64,000 nt of DNA from Verrucomicrobiia bacterium (lineage in GTDB: Bacteria; Verrucomicrobiota; Verrucomicrobiia; JADLBR01), in contig DAOOOX010000002.1 of the NCBI GenBank assembly GCA_035387945.1, positions 139,282 to 203,281 on the forward strand, written 5' to 3'. The notes beneath the pieces are model-generated. The model did not search any database. It saw nothing but the letters and a program-made list of their open reading frames with translations, and was not told where the DNA came from. Numbering within the stretch: the first letter of the stretch is position 1; each line of letters begins with the position of its first letter. The translations under genes were made by a program, and so were the position numbers. Positions 44,757 to 52,623 of the stretch are shown in pieces.

Positions 44757-46793
44757 TCAGTCCTTGGTGATGCTCACAAACACCGGCTTCCCCTGGTGCC
44801 CTGCCTCGAGCGGGGTCTCCCCCATGATCGCCTTCTCCACCTCCCGCACGAAGAATGGCACAAAGACCGTTCCGTTCCTCACCTCGCCGCTCACCCGCGC
44901 CGTGGTCAGGGCGCAACCCCGCGCCGCGCAGAGCCTGATCCGGTCGCCGTCGCGGATGCCGGCGCGGGCCGCGTCGTCGGTGTTCATCTCGACAAAACCG
45001 TCCGGATAATCCAGCAGCAGGATGCGCAGCTCACGCTTGAGGGTTTCGCTGTGTTTCACCAGCACGTTCTGGTGCCAGTAATAGAGCGAGTGCCCAAAGA
45101 TGAGCGCAAAGGGGTACTCCTGGGGCGGATTGACCTGCGTCGTCGGCCTGGGCACCGGCACGAACTTGAACGGTTTGCCTGAGATGCCGTCCTCGAAAAG
45201 AAACCGGGTGCCCAGGGGCCTGTCTTTCGTGCACGGCCACTGGCGGCCGTATTCACACGAGAGGTTCTCGTAATTCGCGCCGCCGTAGTTGGGCACCGCC
45301 TGCCCGATCTCCGCCATGACATCGGCAGATGTCGCATAACTCCAGCCGGCGCCCAGCGCGCGCGCGACGTCCTCGATCTGCCGCCACGCCGGCCGCAGCC
45401 CCGGCGGTGGATCAAGCACCTGTCCCGCAATTTGAATTCGCCGATCCGTGCTGGTGAACGTGACCTGCTCTTCGCCAAAAGCCACCACCGGAAGGATCAC
45501 GTGGGCGTATCGGGCCGTCGACGTCATGAACAGGTGCTGCAAAACCACCAGATCCAATTCCCGGAGCGTCGCCGCGGCATCGGTGAATGCGGCCGTCGTC
45601 ACCGGATCGTAGCGCGTCAGCCAGACGGCGCGCACCGATCCCCCACCCCGGTCCGTCAAAACCTCCCGCGCCCCCAGCCCCTGCGCTGTGGGCAGGGCGC
45701 CCGCGCCCCACAGCGACTCGAGCCGCCCCCGTGCCACGGGCTCATCCACCGCAAAATAGCCGGGCAGCCGATCGGGCAACATGCCCATGTCGCAGGCGCC
45801 CTGCAGATTGTTGTGCTCGGTCAGCGCGAAAAGCCCCGAGTTCACCTTGCCGATATTGCCGGTCAGCAGCGCCAGGTTCACCATCGCGCGGATGCTGTTC
45901 ATCCCCCGCGCCTCAATGCCAGTCGAGTACAGGAACGCGGCCGAACCAGCCCGCGCCAACGTCAGCGCCGCACCCTCGATGTGTTCCGGCGGCACGCCGC
46001 AGGTGTCGGCGGCCTGGAGCAAGTCATAGTCCTGCACCGCCGCCACCAACCCCTCGTAGTCCCGGCAGTGCCCGCGGACGAAGGCCAGGTCCAGCAGGCC
46101 GTGATCGACGATCACCTTGGCCATCGCCCCGTAAAGCGTGACCCGCGTTCCGGGACGAACCTGGAGCATGAAATCCGCCTGCTCCGCCACCCGGTGCCGG
46201 CGCGCGTCCACGACAATCAACTTCGCGCCACCCAGCTTGGCGCGGATCACGCGGCCAGCGATCGTCGGCATCTGCAACGCCAGATCCACGCCGTCCACGA
46301 GAATGACCTCGCTCCGCGACAACTCGCCGATGGAGTTGGTCGTGGCCGGCACGCCCAGCATGTCCAGCAGGACATTGACGCTGTTGTTGCAGTAAACGCC
46401 CGTCCCGTGATCCACGTTGTTGGTGCCAATGACCGCGCGAGCCAGTTTCTGCAGGAGGTAGCTCTCCTCATTCGAGCAGCGGGGCGAGCTGAAAAACGCC
46501 AGCGCATCCGGCCCGTGGCGCCGCCGTATTTCCTCGAGCCTCCGCACGATGAAGTCGATGGCCTCGTCCCAGCCGACCTCCTGAAAACGCCCGTCCTTCC
46601 TGAGCAAAGGCACCTTCAGTCGCTCGGGGGAACTCGCCACCTCATGCACGTTCCACCCGCGGATGCAGATCCTGCCCTGGTTCGTGGGGTGTGACATGCT
46701 GGGGCAGACGCCCACAATCCGGTTGTCAGCGGTCTCCAGATACAGACCGCAACCCACGCCGCAGAATGTGCAGGTTGTCAGGCTATGCGCCAT
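44757..46793 (-). CDS. Molybdopterin (Mo/W-bisPGD) oxidoreductase catalytic subunit, FdhF-like, with an atypical active site
   Basis: N-terminal [4Fe-4S] motif CTFCGVGCGLYL...C and conserved NNLQGACDMG. Strong collinearity with formate dehydrogenase H. The ORF is continuous, with no in-frame TGA, so there is no selenocysteine. At the U/C-His position it reads GVYCNNS, and at the Arg position LTEH. Confidence 0.8.
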   Translation of the reverse strand: MAHSLTTCTFCGVGCGLYLETADNRIVGVCPSMSHPTNQGRICIRGWNVHEVASSPERLKVPLLRKDGRFQEVGWDEAIDFIVRRLEEIRRRHGPDALAFFSSPRCSNEESYLLQKLARAVIGTNNVDHGTGVYCNNSVNVLLDMLGVPATTNSIGELSRSEVILVDGVDLALQMPTIAGRVIRAKLGGAKLIVVDARRHRVAEQADFMLQVRPGTRVTLYGAMAKVIVDHGLLDLAFVRGHCRDYEGLVAAVQDYDLLQAADTCGVPPEHIEGAALTLARAGSAAFLYSTGIEARGMNSIRAMVNLALLTGNIGKVNSGLFALTEHNNLQGACDMGMLPDRLPGYFAVDEPVARGRLESLWGAGALPTAQGLGAREVLTDRGGGSVRAVWLTRYDPVTTAAFTDAAATLRELDLVVLQHLFMTSTARYAHVILPVVAFGEEQVTFTSTDRRIQIAGQVLDPPPGLRPAWRQIEDVARALGAGWSYATSADVMAEIGQAVPNYGGANYENLSCEYGRQWPCTKDRPLGTRFLFEDGISGKPFKFVPVPRPTTQVNPPQEYPFALIFGHSLYYWHQNVLVKHSETLKRELRILLLDYPDGFVEMNTDDAARAGIRDGDRIRLCAARGCALTTARVSGEVRNGTVFVPFFVREVEKAIMGETPLEAGHQGKPVFVSITKD

Positions 46794-47000
46794 CCCCGAT
46801 GCCCCCGACAGAACCCGGCGGCGCGCCGGCCACCGCCCGCGCGGCGCAAGATCCGATCACTCCTGCAACCATGAGCCAGATTTACAGATCTCGCATCGCT
46901 AGGCAAGACACGCTTATTGGCCCCGATCTTTGCATTCGGCCGTTCTGCCAAGCGCAACCGCGCCGCTTTTGCCAGCAAACGGTATTCTCGAGTCAGACCC

Positions 47001-47031
47001 CATCCGGCGGATGGACCCCATCCGGCGGATG
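47001..47031. promoter_or_regulatory. Two tandem 13-bp perfect palindromes CATCCGGCGGATG (centres 18 bp apart) in the fdhF-like / parB divergent region
   Basis: Exact copies at 47001-47013 and 47019-47031. They lie about 210-240 bp upstream of the fdhF-like start and about 185 bp upstream of the parB ATG. This is a candidate dimeric-regulator operator, inferred only from sequence symmetry. Confidence 0.3.
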
Positions 47032-47047
47032 CCGGACCACCGGGGCA

Positions 47048-47100
47048 GAAAATGGGACGTAGCAGCGCGCTTGCGGGCGATTCGAATCGCCCGCAAGCAG
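47048..47100 (-). repeat. Palindromic extragenic repeat, family R1, copy c (reverse orientation), in the parB / fdhF-like divergent intergenic region
   Basis: The reverse complement matches copies a and b (CAGTAGGAACCTGCTTGCGGGCGATTCGAATCGCCCGCAAGCGCGCTGCTACG). The flanking CATTTTCTGCCCCGGTGG tail is also shared with a segment at 34711-34733. Confidence 0.7.
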
Positions 47101-47179
47101 GTTCCTACTGCCCGGTTTCCGAATTCTCGAGTCAGCAAACGAGAATCCGCGCCCCCCTTTCGGCCCCGAACGCCCACCG

Positions 47180-47208
47180 TTGACGCCGCCCCGGCGCGTT
47201 TCTATCGT
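47180..47208 (+). promoter_or_regulatory. Candidate sigma-70-like promoter for parB (TTGACG-N17-TATCGT); the parB transcript may be leaderless or short-leader
   Basis: TTGACG at 47180-47185, a 17-nt spacer and TATCGT at 47203-47208, only 6 nt before the ATG at 47215. This is a pattern match only. Confidence 0.2.
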
Positions 47209-47214
47209 CCCCCC

Positions 47215-48105
47215 ATGTCTGCGAAACCTCTCGGGCGGGGATTGGATGCGTTACTGGGCTCTCGCGCAACGACCCCATCGACGACCACCGCCCCAGCACC
47301 CGGCGAGACCGTGCGCCGCATCCCCCACGAACAGATCGTCCCCTGCCCCCTCCAGCCCCGCAAGGAGTTCGCCGAGGATTCGCTCCAGGAACTCGCCGAC
47401 AGCATCCGCTCCCGCGGCATCATGCAGCCGCTCCTAGTGCGCGAGCGCGAGGGACGCTTCGAGCTGATCGCCGGCGAGCGCCGCTGGCGCGCGGCGAAAC
47501 TCGCTGGACTTGCCGAGGTGCCGGTCCTCGTGCGATCCGTCTCTGATGTCGAGGCGCTCGAATTCGCGCTCATCGAGAACCTCCAGCGGGCCGACCTCAA
47601 TCCCATCGAGGAGGCCGAGGGCTACGCAAACCTGCAGAATCGCTTCAAGCTCACGCAGGAGGAGATCAGCCGCGTCGTGGGCAAACCGCGCGCCACCGTG
47701 GCCAACGCACTCCGCCTCCTCGACCTCGACCCCACCGTCAAGGCGTTCGTCTCCAAGGGCCAGCTCAGCGCCGGTCACGCGAAAGCCCTCCTGTCCATCA
47801 AAGATGCCGCCCTCCAGCGCGCGCTCGCCGAGCGCACGATCCGCCAGGGCCTGTCTGTCCGCCAGGTCGAAGATGTGGCCGCCGGCGTGGCCCGGGGCGA
47901 TGCCAGAACCGGCCGCCAGAAGAAAGCTGCCCAAAGACCCACCGATGCCGACATAAAGGAACTCCAGAGTCGCCTGCGCCGCCGCTTCGCGACCCAGGTC
48001 AACCTGAAGTATTCGGGCGGCAAGGGGCGCATCGAGGTCGAATTCTACAGCCTCGATGACCTGAACCGCCTCGCCGCGCTCATGGGAATCGACGAGGAAT
48101 CCTGA
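47215..48105 (+). CDS. parB: Chromosome partitioning protein ParB (Spo0J)
   Basis: ParB box (GRGLDALL), HTH and the ParB/Srx N-domain motif (QPLLVRERE...ELIAGERRWRAAKLAGL). ATG 47215 verified; the track ORF starts upstream at 46930. Confidence 0.85.
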   Translation: MSAKPLGRGLDALLGSRATTPSTTTAPAPGETVRRIPHEQIVPCPLQPRKEFAEDSLQELADSIRSRGIMQPLLVREREGRFELIAGERRWRAAKLAGLAEVPVLVRSVSDVEALEFALIENLQRADLNPIEEAEGYANLQNRFKLTQEEISRVVGKPRATVANALRLLDLDPTVKAFVSKGQLSAGHAKALLSIKDAALQRALAERTIRQGLSVRQVEDVAAGVARGDARTGRQKKAAQRPTDADIKELQSRLRRRFATQVNLKYSGGKGRIEVEFYSLDDLNRLAALMGIDEES

Positions 48106-48129
48106 GCCAGCCGAAGGAAAGCGCCCACC

Positions 48130-49938
48130 ATGCCCAGCCGCATCCGGCTCCTTGACGAGGCGGTGGCTAACCAGATCGCCGCGGGCGAGGTGATCGAGCG
48201 CCCGGCATCCGTTGTCAAGGAGCTGATCGAAAACAGCCTCGATGCCGGTGCGACACGCATCGATGTGGAAATCGAACAGGGCGGGCGCAACCTTATCCGG
48301 ATCACAGATGACGGCTGCGGGATGGGGCGCGATGATACCTTGCTCTGTCTCGAGCGACACGCCACCAGCAAGGTGCGCACCGCAGGAGACCTTTTCACCG
48401 TCCGCACCTTCGGTTTCCGGGGGGAGGCGATACCCAGCATCGCGTCGGTATCAGAATTCCGCATCCGCACCGCGGAGGCCGGTGCCGTGGGTGGCACCGA
48501 ACTGCTGGTGCGCGGAGGCCGCGTGGAATCCGTCCGCGACATGGGCCTGCCTCCCGGGACCCAGGTCGAGGCGCGGCGGCTCTTCTTCAACCTCCCCGGC
48601 CGCCGGAAATTCCTGCGGTCCGCCCCGACCGAATACGGTCACATCGAGCATCTGGTGCGCGTCTATGCGGCCGCCCACCCGCGCATCGCCTGGCACCTGC
48701 GCGCCGATGCCAGGCCGGTGCTGGAACTGCCCGCCACGGAATCGCACGAGCGCCGAGTGCGCGACCTGTTTGGCGAACCTTTCGCCGAGGCGCTGATCGC
48801 CGTGTCGGGTGCCGGCACGTGCGCCGTCCGAGGATGGGTGGGCCGCCCCGGTATCCACCGCGCATCCCGGTCGGACGAACTCTGGTTCGTGAATGGCCGG
48901 CCCGTTGACAACCGGACCCTTTACCACGCCATCCGAGAGGTCTACCGCGCATCGCTCCCGCGCGGCCGTCACCCCGTCGCTCTGCTTTTCGTCGATGTCC
49001 CGCCCGATACCGTGGATGTCAACGTCCACCCCGCCAAACGCGAGGTGCGATTCCGCGATTCGGAACCGGTGCGCGCGGCGGTGGTCGCCGCTGTCGGACG
49101 CGCCCTTTACGGCGGCAATGCCCATGCCACCCCACCCGCGCCTTTGTCCCAAGCCCCTCATCCGGACGCCACCGACGCCCCTGCCGCGCAGCCGCATGAG
49201 GCATCGCCGCCCACCCAGTTTCCACCGCCCGGGCCTCTCGTCCTCACAGGCCCGATTGCCCCCCGCCAGATCCCGGTGGAAACCTCACTGCCCCTGAATC
49301 TGGCCGCGCATCCACCCGATGAAACCCCCGATCGGCCCATGCCAGCCGACGCTCGTCCCACGAAACTCAGGATCCTCGGGGTCACCTTGGGCACGCTCAT
49401 CGTCGCCGAATCCGATCAGGGGCTCGTCATCATCGATCAGCGGGCCGCCCACGAGCGAATACTGTTCGAGGACCTCCTGCGGCAACGCATCGGCGGCACC
49501 GTCGCCAGCCAGCAGTTGCTCGCTCCCGAGACCCTCGAACTCGGGCCCCGGGAGGCCGCCTTGCTGCGCAGGCTCTCGCCACAGCTGCGCGCCGCGGGCC
49601 TCGACGTCCACGATTTTGGTAGGAACACTTTCAAGATCGAGGCCGTCCCGCCGTTCATACAGCCGGGGCGCGCGCCAAATCTCGTCCGCGATGTCATCGC
49701 CGACATCGACAAGAGCGGGGCCGCCGGCGCCCGTCGCCATCTGGATGACGACGAGATCCTCCGCACGATCTGCCATCGGACGGTCCACGTCGGCGAGACC
49801 CTGAAGGGCCCCGAGATCGAACGCCTCATCGAGGATCTCCACCGCTGCGACCTTCCCTATACCTGCCCCCGAGGCAGGCCCACGATGATCCTCATCGGCG
49901 CCCGCGAACTCCGCCGCCGCCTCGGACGAACCGGCTGA
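48130..49938 (+). CDS. mutL: DNA mismatch repair protein MutL
   Basis: GHKL ATPase N-terminus (VVKELIENSLDAGATRIDVEIEQGG...ITDDGCGM) and a C-terminal dimerisation domain. ATG 48130 verified. Confidence 0.9.
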   Translation: MPSRIRLLDEAVANQIAAGEVIERPASVVKELIENSLDAGATRIDVEIEQGGRNLIRITDDGCGMGRDDTLLCLERHATSKVRTAGDLFTVRTFGFRGEAIPSIASVSEFRIRTAEAGAVGGTELLVRGGRVESVRDMGLPPGTQVEARRLFFNLPGRRKFLRSAPTEYGHIEHLVRVYAAAHPRIAWHLRADARPVLELPATESHERRVRDLFGEPFAEALIAVSGAGTCAVRGWVGRPGIHRASRSDELWFVNGRPVDNRTLYHAIREVYRASLPRGRHPVALLFVDVPPDTVDVNVHPAKREVRFRDSEPVRAAVVAAVGRALYGGNAHATPPAPLSQAPHPDATDAPAAQPHEASPPTQFPPPGPLVLTGPIAPRQIPVETSLPLNLAAHPPDETPDRPMPADARPTKLRILGVTLGTLIVAESDQGLVIIDQRAAHERILFEDLLRQRIGGTVASQQLLAPETLELGPREAALLRRLSPQLRAAGLDVHDFGRNTFKIEAVPPFIQPGRAPNLVRDVIADIDKSGAAGARRHLDDDEILRTICHRTVHVGETLKGPEIERLIEDLHRCDLPYTCPRGRPTMILIGARELRRRLGRTG

Positions 49939-50080
49939 GCGGCACCGCGCAACCACAGGGGCCCGGGACACCGTGGCCTTCGCGAACGAATCGGTGCGAG
50001 CCCCCGGGGGCCATCCGCCCTTGCGCACCCGGCCCAACCTGCCCTAACCTCCCGCCGTTCAATATGCGATCCAGAATGCC

Positions 50081-50647
50081 ATGAAACCCGAAGCAGTCCT
50101 CGCCGAATTCCGCGCCGCCGGTGCCCTCTTGGAAGGTCACTTCATCCTCCGCTCCGGTCGCCACAGCCGTCAGTTCTTCCAGTGCGCCCTGCTCCTCCAG
50201 TACCCGGATAAAGCCGAACGACTCTGCCAGGCACTTGCCCAACGCCTCGATCCCGCCGCCTTTGACTCCGTCATCTCGCCCGCACTCGGAGGCCTTTTTG
50301 TCGGGCACGAGCTCGCCAAGGCCCTGGGGAAACGCCACATTTTCGCCGAAAAGGAAAACGGCGCCCTCGTGCTCCGGCGCGGTTTCGAGATCTCCCCGGG
50401 CGAGCGATTTCTGGTGGCCGAGGATGTCATCACCAGCGGGGGCCGCGTGGCGGAAACCATAGCGATCGTCCGCGGGGCCGGCGGTGTCCCGGTTGCCGCC
50501 GCCGCACTCGTCCACCGCGGCGATTCCGAGCCCCAGTTCGGTTGCCCCTTCCACAGCCTGCTCCGGTTGCAGGTCGAGAGCTTCGACCCCGCGCAGCTGC
50601 CCCCGGATCTCGCGGCCATCCCAGCCGAGAAACCCGGCAGCCGCTGA
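50081..50647 (+). CDS. pyrE: Orotate phosphoribosyltransferase
   Basis: PRPP-binding motif (FLVAEDVITSGGRV) with PyrE-like flanking sequence. ATG 50081 verified. Confidence 0.85.
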   Translation: MKPEAVLAEFRAAGALLEGHFILRSGRHSRQFFQCALLLQYPDKAERLCQALAQRLDPAAFDSVISPALGGLFVGHELAKALGKRHIFAEKENGALVLRRGFEISPGERFLVAEDVITSGGRVAETIAIVRGAGGVPVAAAALVHRGDSEPQFGCPFHSLLRLQVESFDPAQLPPDLAAIPAEKPGSR

Positions 50648-50661
50648 CCGGAAAGCGGGTT

Positions 50662-51321
50662 TCAGAATCCCAGCACCGAGAACCACCCCGTCACGCTCGC
50701 GTCGCGCCCCGCATCCAGCCGAACTTCTCCACCCCCGCCCCTGAACGATTCCAGATGCATCACCATATCGCGCCCATCCCGTAGATTCTCTGCGCCAGCC
50801 TCCACACAGCGGCGGGCCTCCCCGCCAAACGCCAGCCCCACATCCAAGCGACCCGATGCCAGCAGTCCCACCGCAACGCGCACGCCCTCGGCAGGCAGGT
50901 CCGTCAAGTCTGGATTCGATATCGCCCGGATTTGTATTCGGCGACGGGCACGACCCGGTGCCACGCGGTCCGCCTCACCGGTCTGCCCATCCCACGGTGA
51001 GCCCGTGAAACACAGAAACCGATCCACGGACGCCACGATGTCGGACAAGACACCCAGGCCACAATAGATCGCCGCATCATCGGGCTCTATCCCTCGTCGC
51101 CGGGCCCCAAAGGCACAGCAGAAAAGCCGCAGCCCGCGATCGCGCAATCGCTGGAACGCCGGCTCGTGCACGTGGTGCACCCCATCGTGCAGGAGATACA
51201 GGTACGCCTCGGCCCCGCTGCCCATGGCGCCGGCGCACGCCGACACGGCTCCCCTCGACGCCACGCCCGTCTCACCCGACCCGAGCAGCACCCCTAGGCT
51301 CCCGCGCCTCTCCGCACTCAT
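50662..51321 (-). CDS. DsrE/DsrF-like (YchN-fold) family protein, possibly tandem-domain
   Basis: The N-terminal domain resembles DsrE/TusD (LGVLLGSGE...AYLYLLHDGVHHV...LFCCAFGAR), and the second half looks like a related repeat. ATG 51321 verified, overlapping the Trm112 stop. The assignment is tentative. Confidence 0.3.
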   Translation of the reverse strand: MSAERRGSLGVLLGSGETGVASRGAVSACAGAMGSGAEAYLYLLHDGVHHVHEPAFQRLRDRGLRLFCCAFGARRRGIEPDDAAIYCGLGVLSDIVASVDRFLCFTGSPWDGQTGEADRVAPGRARRRIQIRAISNPDLTDLPAEGVRVAVGLLASGRLDVGLAFGGEARRCVEAGAENLRDGRDMVMHLESFRGGGGEVRLDAGRDASVTGWFSVLGF

Positions 51322-51572
51322 GCCGGTGGCAACGCCAGCGCCTCTTCCGCAAGCATGAATGGGATCCCCTTTCGCACCGGATAGCAAAATGCGCCGTCCC
51401 CGCGCACCAGGGCCGCGTCAATTGGTTCCCGCACCACATTTCCGGCGCGATTCCGGACGCGGCCCGTCGCGATCGCCGCGTTCAGCAGCGCCACTGTCGC
51501 GGCATCCGCCAGGCGCACGCGCTGTCTCGTCTCAGGACAAACCAGTACCGCCAGCAGTTTCGCGTCAACCAT
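51318..51572 (-). CDS. Trm112-family small zinc-ribbon-like protein (UPF0434/YcaR-like)
   Basis: Motifs LLAVLVCPETRQRV...FCYPVRKGIPFMLAEEA are typical of Trm112. ATG 51572 verified. Confidence 0.6.
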   Translation of the reverse strand: MVDAKLLAVLVCPETRQRVRLADAATVALLNAAIATGRVRNRAGNVVREPIDAALVRGDGAFCYPVRKGIPFMLAEEALALPPA

Positions 51573-52503
51573 CGATGTGACCTCCCTCAATCCGAGATTC
51601 CCTCGTGCGACTCCAGCGCCTCCACCTTTTCTTTATCGCCCCCACAAAATCCTCCGGGGCCTCCTTGAATATCCGGGCCCCCAGCTTCTCGGCCCGCCCC
51701 ACGAGATATCTCCGGTGGCGAATCATTGCGCTCCTCACAAGCATACATGAATCAGTGTCCATGTCGCATTCCGGGGCCAACGCCATGAACGCGTCTTCCA
51801 ACATCGCAAGATCGTGCGCCTTGCCGAGGCATGTCTCCAGCCGACTGAGCCGCTTGCGCAGTTTTGACAGGTGCCCCGGCCACGCCTTCTCCACCAACTG
51901 CACCTGAAACATCAGATACTTGGAGAATTTCCGCCACTCGTGGGCGTCTTCGATCAGGCCCGACTCGCCCCATTGCCTCATCAGCCGCCGCGCCTTCCGG
52001 TAGGTCCCCCGCAACCCGCCCTCGAGAACCTGCCAGCCCGATGCCTCCAGCGCCTGCCCCTCGAGCGACCCCACCATGGACCGCAATGTCTCCTCGGCAT
52101 GATGCGTCGCCCTTTTTGCGGCGCCACTGTCTCCATCCGCCGGCAACGCCCTCTCCAGAAACGCCCGCAACCCCTGGAGCGCCTCCCGCAACTCCGGCTT
52201 CCGCGCGTCCTCTCGCATTTCATCGGTAATCTGAAAAATCACGGCACGGTCCCGGAAATCTGCCAGCCCCCGGGCGGAATCGCGGAGTTCCACGGTCTTC
52301 CGATGATAGTAAGCGTCCTCCAGACTCGCCCGAACCATCCGCAAGTAGGCGCGCAGCCTCTTGATCGCCGTGCGCAGCCCATGCACGTGTTCGGGACCTA
52401 CCGCAACATCCGCCCCCCCGATCACATCACCGATCAGGCCCCCAACGACTCGATGTACCCCAACACCAGGCCGTTCCGACCGTTTCAGCGACGGCTTCAC
52501 CAA
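51565..52503 (-). CDS. CHAD-domain protein
   Basis: All-helical protein with a CHAD signature (VHGLRTAIKRLRAYLRMV...). Confidence 0.55.
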   Translation of the reverse strand: MVKPSLKRSERPGVGVHRVVGGLIGDVIGGADVAVGPEHVHGLRTAIKRLRAYLRMVRASLEDAYYHRKTVELRDSARGLADFRDRAVIFQITDEMREDARKPELREALQGLRAFLERALPADGDSGAAKRATHHAEETLRSMVGSLEGQALEASGWQVLEGGLRGTYRKARRLMRQWGESGLIEDAHEWRKFSKYLMFQVQLVEKAWPGHLSKLRKRLSRLETCLGKAHDLAMLEDAFMALAPECDMDTDSCMLVRSAMIRHRRYLVGRAEKLGARIFKEAPEDFVGAIKKRWRRWSRTRESRIEGGHIDG

Positions 52504-52552
52504 CGCAAATATACCCCCAACTCCGCTAACCTGAATCCAAATCGAATCGGGG

Positions 52553-52582
52553 CGGCGGACCCGTCTGTTTGTCGGGCCGCCG
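52553..52582 (-). terminator. GC-rich hairpin between the ridA-like stop and the CHAD gene start (weak terminator candidate, no U-tract)
   Basis: CGGCGGACCCG-TCTGTTTGT-CGGGCCGCCG. The downstream sequence on the transcribed strand is not T-rich, so this may be only an attenuator or processing hairpin. Confidence 0.2.
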
Positions 52583-52623
52583 AGGATTCCCCCTCGACCT
52601 GGAGCCGCGCGGCCTGACCTCGA

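Noticed and set aside
44757-46793. A selenocysteine-containing formate dehydrogenase (in-frame TGA plus SECIS).
   Set aside because: The ORF is uninterrupted with no in-frame TGA. The position homologous to Sec is occupied by Tyr-Cys.
46794-47214. A parS centromere site upstream of parB.
   Set aside because: No 16-bp TGTTNCACGTGAAACA-like palindrome is visible by eye. The palindromes present (CATCCGGCGGATG) do not match the parS consensus.
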